Assembly: GCA_951406725.2 (NCBI GenBank)
Contig: OX597820.1
Location: forward strand, 56,482,001 to 56,546,000
DNA from: Octopus vulgaris
Taxonomy: Eukaryota
Reading direction: 5' to 3'
Length of the DNA stretch: 64,000 bases
In this document: positions 39,717 through 52,980 of the stretch, piece by piece
How positions within the stretch are numbered: position 1 is the stretch's first letter
How the letters are laid out: every line of letters begins with the position of its first letter
Translations under genes and position numbers: made by a program
The notes under the pieces: generated by a model
The model's input: the letters and a program-made list of their open reading frames with translations, nothing else
What the model was told of the DNA's origin: nothing
Database searches by the model: none

Positions 39717-40866
39717 ATAATGATAATGATGGTGCCGGTGTTGGCGGTGGTAGTAGTGATGGTAATGGTGACGGAGGTGTTGGTGGTAGTGGGTTTTTAC
39801 CGATAGGCATTGCGATTCTGGTATGCTGGTCAATAATGTAATATCACGGCGATAACGGTGATTATGGTGGTGATGATGATGATGATGATAGTGACAGTGG
39901 CGGTGGTGGTGACGGTGATGGTGCTGTTGTTGGTGGTGGTGTTGGTGATTACATCAGCAATATAATCCTCCTCCTCTTCTTCCTTCTCCTCTTCCTCCTT
40001 CTCCTCTTCCTCCTCTTCACCATGATGGATGATGATGATCATCATCATCACTGCCGCTGCCGTCACTACCGCCGCCGCCGTCACCGCCACCACCACCGCC
40101 GCCGCCACTATTAAGATTGTAGTGATTCTCTTTATGTTGATAACAGCCTAACAGCGATAATATCAATATTGATGATGATGACAAAAATGACGAAGACCAC
40201 TACAGCTACGACGACGATGACGGTGACGATAAGGATGTTGACGATGATGACGACAACTGCTACGATATTTGCAACTGTTTCGACGATGGTAACCATTACA
40301 GTCGTGATGATGGTGATGGTGATGTCGAAGATGACAGCGACGACGAAGCAGTTGCTGAAGATATCGACGACTTTGATGACTTTGACGTTGACGACTTTGA
40401 CGTCGACAACTTTGACGACGATGACGACTTTAATGACAGCTAAATAAAGAAATTGACTTTAATGACGGTGGCGACGACGACGACGATGATAATAACGATG
40501 AAAACGACGTTGATGTTTTGGATATTGATTCTGATCACTATGACATCAGAGATTACGATGACGATAACGAAAATGATACAGATATAGTACAGTATGAGAT
40601 AGGAGATACTGAAAGAAAAATAGATAAAGAAAGAATGAATAAATGAAAGGATGAAAGGAGGAAGGAAAGAATTGTGAAGAATAAATAAACAGAACTCGGC
40701 AAATCAACAAGTGGAAGAAAGCGATCACGACGAAATGATTTACAGAGAGAAAGAATAAGAGAAAGATAAAAGAAAGAAGGATGCTGTGAAAGACCGAAAT
40801 AAGAGAACAGCGAGGAGGAAAGAGACAGGAAGAAGGAAAGATAAAAAGATAGGAAGAAAGAAAGAA

Positions 40867-40922
<56 letters not shown>

Positions 40923-41719
40923 GAATGACAGTAAATACGTATATTGTAAAGAGAGCGTCAGATGAAGGTACGAAAGTGGATAGGTATAAAAGCAAGAAGG
41001 GGGCTTTCAAAAAGTTGTTAAATAACTAAATGAAAGTGGGAAGAATAAGAAAATGAAATGAAATAAATAAAGGTATAACGTAAAATATAATAATATGTTG
41101 AAATAAAATTTGAAATAAAAGTAGTAAATGAATAAATCTACCAGAAACCAGCAGAATTAGCGGAGTGCAACGTAGCGAAATGAAGGCGGACGCTTTGTTG
41201 GAAGAAGAGAAGAGGAGAATGTTTGAGTGGAGTTTTTAACTGAAGGCACATAGAAGGAAAAAAAAACAAAAACAAAAACAAAACAAAACGAAATAAAATT
41301 AAGAGAAAACAAGACAAAAGAAGACGAAATAAAACATTCTTGTGTTTAGAGTGTGATTCGCAGAAATTCAATAATAGCAAACAAAATCTTGTCACGAAAA
41401 GAGAATCGGATTTAGAGTGAATAAATGCGCGCGCGTGTGTGTGTGTGTGCGTGTGTATGTGTGTGTGTGCGTGTGTGTGAGAGAGAGAAAGAGAGAGAGA
41501 GAGAGTGAGTGAAGGAACGAAGATAGAATCGTAACTTCAAGTATAGTTTTGAATAATTGGGGCGGTTTTTGTTGCTTTGTTGTCATCATCATAACGAATC
41601 GGAGCATACCAGAATAAAAATCAACAACAACAATAATAATAATATTAGTAAAATAAAATATAAAGTTTTTAAATATTTAATATTTTTGTTTTCATTTATC
41701 AGTATTTTTTTTTGTCTTT

Positions 41720-42500
41720 TTCTGACCAGATTAAACTGAATTAAAACTAGATTAGACCAAACAAGATTAGAGCAGACCGGACTGTCAAAACTAACAGAAA
41801 TGTTGTTCATACCTCAGAAATTTTAGATCAGATTATAGCAGATCAAATCAGATAAAACCGAAAAACAAATTAGACTATATTAGATTAAACCAGCGCTGGC
41901 CACCGTAGATCAAATCAGATAAAACAAAAAATAGTCTAGATTAGATTAAAACAACTTTGACCACCGCAGATCAAATCAGAGAAGACCAAAAACAATTTAG
42001 ACGAGATTAGATTAAGCCAGTTGTGATTGTCTAGATTAGATTAAACCAGCTCTAACTGGTATCAAATCAGATACGAACAAAAAAAAAAAAAAATCAGGAC
42101 TAGATTAGATTAAATCAGTTTTGACCACCACAGATAAAATCAGAGAAGGCCAAAAGCAATTTAGACTAGATTAGGTTAAGCCAGCTGTGACCACTGCAAA
42201 TGAAATCATCTAAGACCAGAAAGAAAATTAGATTCTCTTATCAACCCTGACCACCAATATTTCAAGACAAAATTACAACTGACTTAAACCGAGCTAAACT
42301 AGATCGGTTCACACTAAATCTATCGAGACAAAGAAATGAATGAAAAAACCAGTAAATAGAAGCTGAAGCTGAGACTGGATCACATCAATTCAGACTAAAA
42401 CATATCAAATCCGACTTAATCAACCCAAACTAGAACTAGACTAGTCTAAATTAGATACAACTATACCAGGTCAGGCTAAATTAGAACTGGTTATTATTAG
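41720..42500. repeat. Degenerate pentamer-based minisatellite (TAGAT/CAGAT/AAAAC) with a ~60-70 bp higher-order unit
   Basis: Recurrent AGATCAAATCAGA...TAGATTAGATTAA(A/G)CCAG..GACCAC; weaker pentamer texture continues to ~43550. Confidence 0.75.
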
Positions 42501-43627
42501 ACTCAAAATCCAAGTAAAATGAATTTGTTCTTTATGCATTTCAGTCGCTAGGACACATTACAAAATCGATCTTTTATACCATTTTTCAGTTTTGGGGTCT
42601 CGACCAGTCCAGTATGGAGTTAAATATTGTTGTACTTTCCATTCAAGTGTTTCATTAAGCTTAGAAATCTAGGGGTGCCCACCTCCTCTGCAGGATATGA
42701 GTTTCGTTGGCTCTCAAAGACTCATCCACCTTTGACAGGTTTTGCTTTTTAATCTTGTTGGCTGCTCACACGCACTCTTTCCTGGACAAGTTCAGTAAAT
42801 GGGTCTGTTTAGTCCCCAATTTCTCGAACATGAACGCATGCCACTGAATTATATGATTATTAGTAGTAAGCTTTCAACTGTTTGCGTTGGAATTGGTGTT
42901 GTACAAGCCAAATCAGACTGTCAGATTAGAATCATATAAGACTGCACATGAAAACTAGACTAGAATGTAGGATAGAGGAATAAAGTAGTGAAGATCATTG
43001 AAAATAAGAGGTAAGATGATAATATCAGTCATAAACCGATACAAATAAGGCTAGATTAATAATGCTTTTTTTTTTCTCGAACGGTGTATCCTGAAGCAGC
43101 TAAAGTTATAAATAATAGCATGCAAATATTGGTTTAAAAATCCCTTTGAACAGAAAAAGACGAAGGATGCCCAATAAACCAAAATTTACTTCACTCAGCT
43201 AAACAGAACTAAATTAAACTTGACTATCCTAAATCAAACAAGACAAACACAGACAAAGGTAGGATTGGAACAAACAAAACAAGACCAGCGAAAGCAAGAG
43301 AAAATTGGATAAGGTCAGTGCAATCTTAAAAGACAGTCTAAACCAGACAAAATCAACTTAAACAAGTTTAGATAAGATAGTACATAACTTGAGCAAACTA
43401 GAAGAAACCAGATTAGTTCAGATGCAACATAGAAGAGAACACGAATATCTGAGAAGATCAATCAACATATAAACTTATTAAAGACCAGGCTATATCAGAG
43501 AAGATCAACTTAAATCAAACCAATAGAATATATGGGACATCTAGGTGAACTGATCCTTATGGAATTAAATGTCTTTCATTGACTTGTATATATGAAGAGA
43601 AAACCTATCAGAAATGGACTGAACGAG

Positions 43628-43856
43628 CGGCGAGCTGGCAGAAACGTTAGCACGCCGGACGAAATGCTTAGCGGTATTTCGTCTGCCAATACGTTCTGAG
43701 TTCAAATTCCGCCGAGGTCTACTTTGCCTTTCATCCTTTCGGGGTCGATTAAATAAGTACCAGTTACGCACTGGGGTCAATATAATTGACTTAATTTGTT
43801 TGTCTGTCCTTGTTTGTCCTTTCTGTGTTTAGCCCCTTGTGGGTAGTAAAGAAATA
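43628..43856 (+). mobile_element. SINE family A with TSD
   Basis: AGAAATGGACTGAAC (15 nt) on both sides. Confidence 0.92.
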
Positions 43857-43961
43857 GAAATGGACTGAACCAAGATTTGTGAGCATATAGTCAAATACTT
43901 ATCCGTTGGTTATTCATTCCTGCAAACTTTATCATTACTAAAGACCGTAGAATTTTATATA

Positions 43962-44279
43962 GACGCATGCCTGGCTTTGTGGTTAAGAAGCTCGCTTTGC
44001 AACCATGTCTTCCATTATAGTTCCGAGTTGACCAATTCTTTCTGAAGGAATCGGGACGATGGAAACTGCGTGGAAGCCCGTCACATATATAAGAACGTGT
44101 GCGTCTTTGTGTTTGTCCACCGCTATCACCACTTGACAACGAGTGCTGGTTGTTTACGTCCCCGTAACATGGTAGTTCGGTAAAAGGAGACCGATAGAAT
44201 AATTACCAAACTTAAATATAAACCTTACAAAGTAGTGCCCCAGCATGGCCGCAGTCCAATGACTGAAACAAGTAAAAGA
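43962..44279 (+). mobile_element. SINE family B, diverged with deletions
   Basis: GTGGTTAAGAAGCTCGC head; GACTGAAACAAGTAAAAGA tail. Confidence 0.75.
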
Positions 44280-44625
44280 CATACTTTATGCCTTTTTAAT
44301 GATTAGATCAAGCTATACATGAATATAACAGTGAGATTCCAACAAGATTAAACAGGGGATAAAAACCCAAAAAAAAAAAAAGAAAAAGAAAAAAAAAGAA
44401 ATTCAGATAGATCAATTAAGATCAGATCAGTCTCAACCAGTCGTGACAAGAATAGATCGGATTTAATTTTCATCAATAGAAATTACAGTAGAACGAGATA
44501 CGCCTAACAATTTTGTTTTATAATAGACTAAGTTACGTGGTAGAGTTAATTTGAAGCCCTGGTTAATCTGACCAATATACGTGCGAAGTTTCTGGTCAGG
44601 AGATAATTTCCTCCCACACGTTTCA

Positions 44626-45131
44626 GGCGCAGGCATGGCTGATGTGGTTAAGAAAGTCGCCTTGCAAATAAGTGATTTCGGCTTCAGTCCCACAGCACGA
44701 CACTTTGTGCAAGTGTTTTTCAATATATCTACTATATAGTAGAAAACACTATATCCCCGGGCTGATCAATAGCTTGTGAAGGAATTTAATAGGCGGAAAC
44801 TGTGTGGAAGCCCCTCATGTATATATGTATATATGTATGCGAGAGTATGTGTGTGTACGTGTGTGTGTACATGTGTGTGTGTTTGCTTGTGTGTATGCGT
44901 ATGCATCTTTGCAATAGTGTTTGTCCGTCACTACCGCTTGACAACCGATGTTGTTTCGTTTACGTATCTGTAATCATGCGGTTCTACAAAAGAGGCCGAT
45001 AGAATAAGTACTAAACTTAAAAAAAGAAAAATATACATATGGCATCAATTTGTTCGACTAAAACTCTTCAGGGCGGTACCCCAGCGTGGCCACAGTCCAA
45101 TGACTGAAGCAAGTAAAAGGTGAAAGGTAAA
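44626..45131 (+). mobile_element. SINE family B
   Basis: GGCGCAGGCATGGCTG head, central (TG)n, GACTGAAGCAAGTAAAAG tail. Confidence 0.8.
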
Positions 45132-45344
45132 AATCCCTTAAAAGGATTATGGGCGTTGGCTTTCTTCCTTTAAGTCATTAAAAAAATACAAGCCTATGGT
45201 TCACTATTTGGATTTTATGTTCTAAATTAAAATGCCACAGAGAGGTGGGTTCAAAGTTGTCTTTCATCCATCCGAGAACGATATAACAAGTAGCAACATT
45301 ATACAAAAGACAGCTCATCAAAAGTAATAATAATAATGATGATG

Positions 45345-45433
<89 letters not shown>

Positions 45434-46105
45434 CAACTCATCTCAGTTAAACAAACTACAAGGAATAGTTCAATGCCTTCTCCAGGGACCCAGAGCAGCG
45501 TCAGTGACTCAGATAAACAAATGTTTAGCAAAAAAAAAAAGCCAAAACCTTTACCAAGTTGTTCGTTACGGCTCTACAAGCGAGAAGAGCAACCGTAGAA
45601 ATTAAAATAACATTTTATCAAAGTTAAGCATCCATACTTTGCTTTGATAATTTCCTGTCATATCTCTTTGTAAACGCATTCCTTCACACAGCGATTCACT
45701 AGCTTTTCGTTTCATTATATTCCGCCATTATATTTTATCTAATAAAACTCATCGCCGACATTTTGTATTTTATTTTTATTCTGCAAATCTCTATTGAAAA
45801 ATGTCAAAATCCCCGGAGAGAGAGGAGAAACTGTTTAATTCATTCGTCTGACCAGCTAACCGTACAACATTGGACTTCTATCAAATATAGAGCCTCGTCC
45901 GGGATTGTAATATGGCATGTGTATGCGATGTGCGTGTTTATGTGTCTGTATGTACATGTGTGTGTGGGTGTGTGTGTGAATATGTGTATTCATGTGTGTA
46001 TGTGCAACACTTTATGTGTGCGTATGTTCCTTTAACATACATACTCATATATACACACAGACATGTATGCACATACATGTGAAAATACTTACGCATACAA
46101 TGCGT

Positions 46106-46151
<46 letters not shown>

Positions 46152-46289
46152 GTATGTATGTATATATATATATATATACGTATATACACACACACAATAT
46201 ACTCATACACACACATACAAACATACATATACACATACATACATATATAAATATATGTGTATATATAAATGTACGTATGTATACATACA

Positions 46290-46381
<92 letters not shown>

Positions 46382-47023
46382 TATACATACATACATACAT
46401 ATACATATAATATATAAATCGGGAGAAGGAACGATTAATGCATATTCATTTGAATATATTCGTTTTATTTCGTTGGAACCACTTAATGCCTCTTAGAATC
46501 GCAGATAAGAGCATGATATATTTTCATTTTGCCACACTTTGTTCAGTTTATTGCTTTACTTTGTTAAATTCCATTGCGAATGTCTTTCAGTTTTATATTT
46601 CTACTACACCCGGTTTAATACCACAAAGGGTTTATCTAGTCTTTATGTTTTTAGCTTTGCCCAAACTATATCTAATATGTCTCTTTGTTTACCATCACCT
46701 ACTAGCTATTTGGTTCCTTTAGCGTGGATTTCCATTCTGTTTCAAGCAAATGGATCTGTGTTTCTAGAAAGTCGTTCCCTAGTTTGGGGACGACTTTCTA
46801 GAAGCACAGATTTTTCTGAAAGTGATCATGTACATAGTCTTTTCTCTTCTGATAAAGATATAAATAAAATGCCTTTGAGGAGTTCATAAAGACGAGCGAT
46901 GGGTTTATTGAAAACTGTGTATAAAAAGTTTTTAAAAAAATGTTTCGTCCAAATGTACAAGTTAGCTTCTAAAGAGGAAAATGTCTTAAACATAACCTTT
47001 AATAGGCAAGAGAGAAGGAGGGA

Positions 47024-47073
<50 letters not shown>

Positions 47074-47240
47074 TATGGAAGGAAGGAGAGTTTAAGATAG
47101 AGTAGGAATGAGGGAGAAAGGGAGATTGAGATAGATATACAAATAGATAGAAATATAGATAGATAGATGATAGATAGACTGATAGATAGATAGATAGATA
47201 GGTAGACAGATAAAGAGAGAGAGAGAGAGAAGAGAGAGAG

Positions 47241-47288
<48 letters not shown>

Positions 47289-47545
47289 AGAGAGAGAGAG
47301 AGATACACGACATTCCATGGTACAGAATAAATATGTCTGTTGTGGAGTGAACTGACACCCCCGCATGTGACTGCCAGTGGACTGGACAAGCCTTATGAAT
47401 AGATGAACCAGTAGACAGTTGAGGTGGAACTGTGAGAGCGATGGTCACGTTACTGATTCTGCGTTGGAGTACTGGATTGTTATTGTACGAACGGTTATAA
47501 TAAGATAACCAACTCTTGTTATATTGCTTATTGTTATACGGTAAT

Positions 47546-47926
47546 GTGGAGGCGCAATGGCCCAGTGGTTAGGGCAGCGGACTCGCGGTCATAGGATCGC
47601 GGTTTCGATTCCCAGACCGGGCGTTGTGAGTGTTTATTGAGCGAAAACACCTAAGCTCCACGAGGATCCGGAGGGGATGGTGGTGATCCCTGCTGTACTC
47701 TTTCACCACAACTTTCTCTTACTTCCTGTTTCTGCTGTACCTGTATTTCAAAGGGCCGGCCTTGTCACTCTCTGTGTCACGTTGAATATCCCCGAGAACT
47801 ACGTAAAGGGTACACGTGTCTGTGGAGTGCTCAGCCACTTACACGTTAATTTCACGAGCAGGCTGTTCCGTTGATTCGGATCAACCGGAACCCTCGTCGT
47901 CGTAACCGACGGAGTGCTTCCTTCCC
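47546..47926 (+). mobile_element. SINE family C, standard-tail variant, full length with TSD
   Basis: tRNA-like head with A/B boxes; TTATACGGTAAT on both sides. Confidence 0.92.
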
Positions 47927-48382
47927 TTATACGGTAATATTTGGTACTGTGATATATTGTTACACACACATCATATATCGTCACTGGTGATATAACAATG
48001 TTCTGTATGAATTGCTCCACCATGTATAAACCTGATGTAGCCGAGTCCTGCTGGTAGTCTGTGAATTTGTTTTACTCACGCGTTGTGACGTAATAATGCT
48101 TTAAAATAACAAAAGCAAAATCGTAAGATTTCGAAGAATATAGTCGATTATACGATCCTAGTACTAGAAATTGTATTTCTTTTTCTCCTCATCTCCGGAA
48201 GAATGAAAGGAAATATTATCCTCCACTGGATTTGAACCAAGAATATGAATATCCGTAACTAAGTAACGCAAGAAATTTTTCCCTGCGGTCTAATGTGTCT
48301 GTTATCCACTACCCGCAGGGCAATATATATATAAGGGTTCATTCACGTTCGGTCAATTTCATCATCATCATCATCATCATCA

Positions 48383-48795
48383 AGGCGGCGAGCTGTCAGA
48401 ATCCATAGTACTCCAAGCGAAATGTTTAGCGGCACTTCGCCCGTCTTCGTGTTCTAAGGTCAAATTCTGCAGAGGTCGACTTTGCCTTTCATCCTTTCGG
48501 GGTCGATGTAATCGACTCATCCCCCACCACAAAATTGCTGTCCCTGTGGTAAAATTCGAAACCGTTGTTTTTATTATTAAGGCGGCGAGCTGGCACAGTC
48601 GTTACCACGCAGGGCAAAATGTTTAGCGGCATTTCGTCCGTCTTCATGTTCTGAGTTCAAATTCCGCTGAGATCGACTTAGCCCTTCATCCTTTCGGGAT
48701 TGATAAATTAAGTACCATCAAGCACTGGGATAGTAATAATCGGCTAGTTCCCTCCCCTCAAATTTCAGGCCTTGTGCCTATAGTAGAAGCGATTA
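48383..48795 (+). mobile_element. Two adjacent SINE family A copies (short-tail type)
   Basis: AAGGCGGCGAGCTG heads at ~48383 and ~48580; a third copy at 49240-49435. Confidence 0.85.
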
Positions 48796-48810
48796 TTGTT
48801 ATTATTATCA

Positions 48811-49225
48811 TTGAGAGAGCAGTGGATGCCATCAAAGTGACACTGGGGTAAAATATACGAAGGCCAGTATACCCATCATGACTACCCGTCTGATAAGGGT
48901 ACACCTGGCACATGCATTACAACCATATGTATGCGACATTGTGATCTCATATCATAATAAACAGCGCATGACTTTGCTGGTGGGTCCCAGTTAGAATTTT
49001 CTTCAGGTTGAGGAATCCATCCCCGAATAAGTGTTGTTTAAGGATGATGGACAAAACACCCATGTTTCCAAAGGTGAATTATCCAAACCCCAAAGAATTC
49101 CTTTCAACACATGGTTATGATGTTCCCCGACTATTTCTGCTCGTGATCAGAGATGCACATATCGTCAGCCACTAAGGAACATGTTCAACTGGTTAAGGTC
49201 AAGCAACTGACAAGCAAATCTGTGA
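48811..49225 (-). mobile_element. Family D element
   Basis: TTGAGAGAGCAGTGGATGCCATC...CAAGCAAATCTGTG, flanked by short (TTA)n. Confidence 0.85.
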
Positions 49226-50211
49226 TATTATTATTATTAAGCGTGCTGGTAGAAACGTTAGCACACCGGGCAAAATGCTTCGTCTGTCTTTACGTTCTGA
49301 GTTCAAATTCCGCCGAGGTTGACTTTGCCTTTCATCCTTTCGGTGTCGATGATTTAATTACCAGTTGCGTACCGGAGTCGATCTAATCAACTGACCCCTT
49401 CTTCCAAAGGTTCAGGCTTATGACTAGAGTAGAATATATTATTATTATTATTATTAAAGCGGCAAGTATTAAAGGATTATTATTATTATTATTGAATCAT
49501 GGCAGGGATAGAATCAGTTAGAAGATAGTTGTAGCGTATATGCTTCTGTTACGCCTTTATCAAAGCACACCGACTGACCAGTGAGGCGGCAGACTTACCA
49601 TATATTTAAATATCAAGGCATTGTGTAGATTACTCTGATAAGCAGCGGACTTAATGCATTAAATTATAATATTTAATTTAGACGCATTCAGTATGAACGC
49701 TCTTGTCTTTCTACCCTCTGTAGGAAATGCAAATAATGTACCAGTAATATGTTAGTAATCTATTCTATCGATTATAGTTATTCCTCAATAAATTTGCTAA
49801 TGTAAGAAGCTATTATTTATTCACGCAGACTAGAGTTATTGTATGGTATTATTTTCGTTATCTCTTATGTAATACTGTAGATATGGAAGATAAATCTGTT
49901 TTGACATTAAACGTAGACGTAACATATCAATCTTTAACGCCTGGTCTACTTCGGATTAGGTCGAAGTAGATTGTAAAATAAAACCAAACAAACTGGAATT
50001 ATTTATCTTCTTTCTTCTATTCTATAGTCGTCATCTTATCGTCCGCATGTAGTAAATTAACAATTCACAGCGTGGAAAAATTTGGTTTTTGGATTTACAG
50101 CAAGAAAAAAAATTTAATTACGAGCTCGAGGATTTATTCATGTGTTAAGTATTCAAAATCGTTGATAAAAATATAATTAGAAATAATTTATTCAAAATAT
50201 ATAGTAGCTTT

Positions 50212-50274
<63 letters not shown>

Positions 50275-50276
<2 letters not shown>

Positions 50277-51085
50277 TAAAAATAAGAATAAAGTATTCTC
50301 CATGAAAGTTAATTTGATACACAAACTGTATCCATATAACTACGAACAAGTCTCACACTCTTGAAGCTACAGACGGTTTAAATGAGAAGTGTCGCTTCGA
50401 CAATCTTTGTTCGAAGGTTCCCGGTGGAATACATCCACTTGTTTCAATAATAGAAATATTAAAATTACTAAGTCTCTCTAAAAGAGAACAACCAGGTCGA
50501 AAATAATAGGCATTATGGCATTCTTATAAAAATAAGAATAAAGCTGTCCGCTTATTAGCTCCATGAGGCCATCGCCTTAAGTTAGCTATTGTTCGAAGGT
50601 TATATGGATACAGTTTGTGTATCAAATAGCTAACTTAAGGCGATGGCCTCATGGAGCTAATAAGCGGACAGCTTTATTCTTATTTTTATAAGAATGCCAT
50701 ATTAGTATGGCGATAACTATTGATTTTCCGGGAACGCTGCCGTTGTTCTCTTTTAGAGAGACTTAGTAATTTTAATATTTCTATTATTGAAAACAAGTGG
50801 ATGTATTCCACCGAAGCTAGGTAAATAAAACCTTCGAACAGAGATTGTCAGAAGCGACACCTACTGGTCTGGCTACGCTGCATTGAAAAGGGGCAATACC
50901 CCGAAACGCGTCTGTAGCTGCCGGTCAAGTAGTGTGGAGCGACTGACCTCCATTGTTCGAAGGTTATATGGATACAGTTTGTGTATCAAATAGCTAACTT
51001 AAGGTGATGGCCTCATGGAGCTAATAAGCGGACAGCTTTATTCTTATTTTTATAAGAATGCCATATTAGTATGGCGATAACTATT
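50275..51085 (+). mobile_element. Retrozyme-like locus: 364-nt unit with 134-nt direct repeats plus an inverted, deletion-riddled copy
   Basis: 50588-50721 equals 50952-51085 with 1 mismatch; 50515-50590 is a perfect inverted repeat of 50625-50700; bounded by (TA)n. Confidence 0.75.
50877..50918 (+). ncRNA. Type-I hammerhead ribozyme motif, U3-A8 core variant
   Basis: GCUGCA-UUGAAAA-GGGG(CAAUA)CCCC-GAAA-CGC-GUC-UGUAGC: 6-bp stem I, 4-bp stem II, palindromic ACGCGU stem III, GUC cleavage triplet. Confidence 0.72.
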
Positions 51086-51190
51086 ATTTTATATATATAT
51101 ATATATAAAATCTTAGGGTAGCAAGAATATTCATAGGAAAAATCTTAGTTACCAGTGGTCTAGCGAGAGAGAAAAAATTAGTCAATAGAC

Positions 51191-51520
<330 letters not shown>

Positions 51521-51550
51521 TTATGTATATGTATATATAGGTATATATGT

Positions 51551-52980
51551 CAGGTCGCTCTTGAGTGCTACTGGTACCATGTAGTCTAGTACAACATTTT
51601 CTATGGTCGGGTCGTCGGCGACTAAGCACTAAACTGGCAACCTCACCAGGCCTGCTTGGTGAGGTGGGTGCTTGTTGAAACACCTGCGGGACAAAAAATA
51701 AGACTCGTCAAAGGGCGGAGGAACTATAACGTAGTCAACGGCCATTCAACTACGCGTGGTTGTGGAGTGTTTGTGTGTGTTTGTATTGTATATATTGCAT
51801 TTTAAACTCTGTGTATGTGTGCGTATTGTATATATTGTATTTCAACGTGTGTGTGTACATATTGTATATTGTGTTCTTAAATTGTATATACATTGTATGG
51901 CGGCTTAGCTTCCAAGCCCGGTGGAACTGCAACCACTTGACGGTAGAAAGGGCAAAGGCGGATATCTGGTGCCACAAAACCAGTTGCTTCGGGCAGGCGG
52001 GGCTCGTCAACCCGGGAGGACAGCCCACCTGGGGGAAGGGAAACCCTGATTTCAAACCTATGCCGTCTTGCGAGATACCTGATCACAGGGAAGGCTTCAA
52101 GAGTAAACCTCGAGGAAAAATCAGGAGTCGAAGCACCTAAGACTGCTCAATGTTGACTTCGACTTCGTCCTGGCAGCTCTTGCGACCACGTTGGCACCAA
52201 ACTGCAGCATCCCGCTGTTCCTTTGAATTCGTCAGCGAGGTGGAGATGGGGGACAAGTTGCATGGCCAACAACCTGTTCTCCATACTACATTGCCCAGGC
52301 TCACATTCGTCCACGCCATCATTAAACATGCACACCTGCACCTGAAGAGGACACTTCAGCTTCGCCATTTATTTGGTGTCGACACAACACGGAAAGCAGC
52401 AGATAACGGTTAAAAGTCTTTACTCAATTAGCGTAGAGTGCGGCGCCAGGGGTTGCTTCCGACGGTGGGAGAGATCTTCGAGTCTCATTGGACAGCTACC
52501 GCCCGCCTCAAGTTAGGCAGATCCCAGTCAGTAAGGTGTTGTCCCGTGTTGACAGTGAAAACAAAGATGGCTGTGTACAATGCCTGTGTCCTCAGCACCC
52601 TGTTGCATGGCATTGAGACATGGACCACATACGTTTGTCAGGACAAAAAGCTGAATAGCTTCCATTTCAGAAGTCTACGACGCCTTCTCGGCATCTCCTG
52701 GCAGGACAAGGTGACCAACATGGACGTCCTGACTCGTGCTGGCCTCCCTTCCACGTACACATTGCTGAGACAACGTCGACTACGCTGGTGGCTAGGCCAC
52801 GTTCGCCGGATGGAGGACGACCGAATCACAAAAGACATTCTCTACGGAGAACTCGCAGCAGAACAGAGGAACAAGGGCCGCCACAGCTGAGGTACAAGGA
52901 CGTATGCAGGAGGGACATAAAGGCACTCAACATCGGCATCAACCCCTGAGAGGACCTGGCAGCAGACCAGAGCAATGTGA
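51551..52980 (+). mobile_element. Internally deleted RTE-clade LINE: GC-rich 5' region fused to the post-RT C-terminus
   Basis: 52545-52980 reads TKMAVYNACVLSTLLHGIETWT...LRRLLGISWQDKVTN...RLRWWLGHVRRMED.RI.KDILYGEL...RYKDV; assigning the upstream ~1 kb as its 5'UTR is inference. Confidence 0.85.

Noticed and set aside
47546-47620. tRNA gene-like sequences (also at 3691, 13018, 18000)
   Set aside because: They are SINE heads: continuous with repeat bodies, TSD at 47546, and no clean cloverleaf or terminator
51551-51760. HDV-like ribozyme at the RTE 5' end
   Set aside because: Only a simple hairpin (CCTCACCA/TGGTGAGG) is visible; I could not build the nested double pseudoknot by eye
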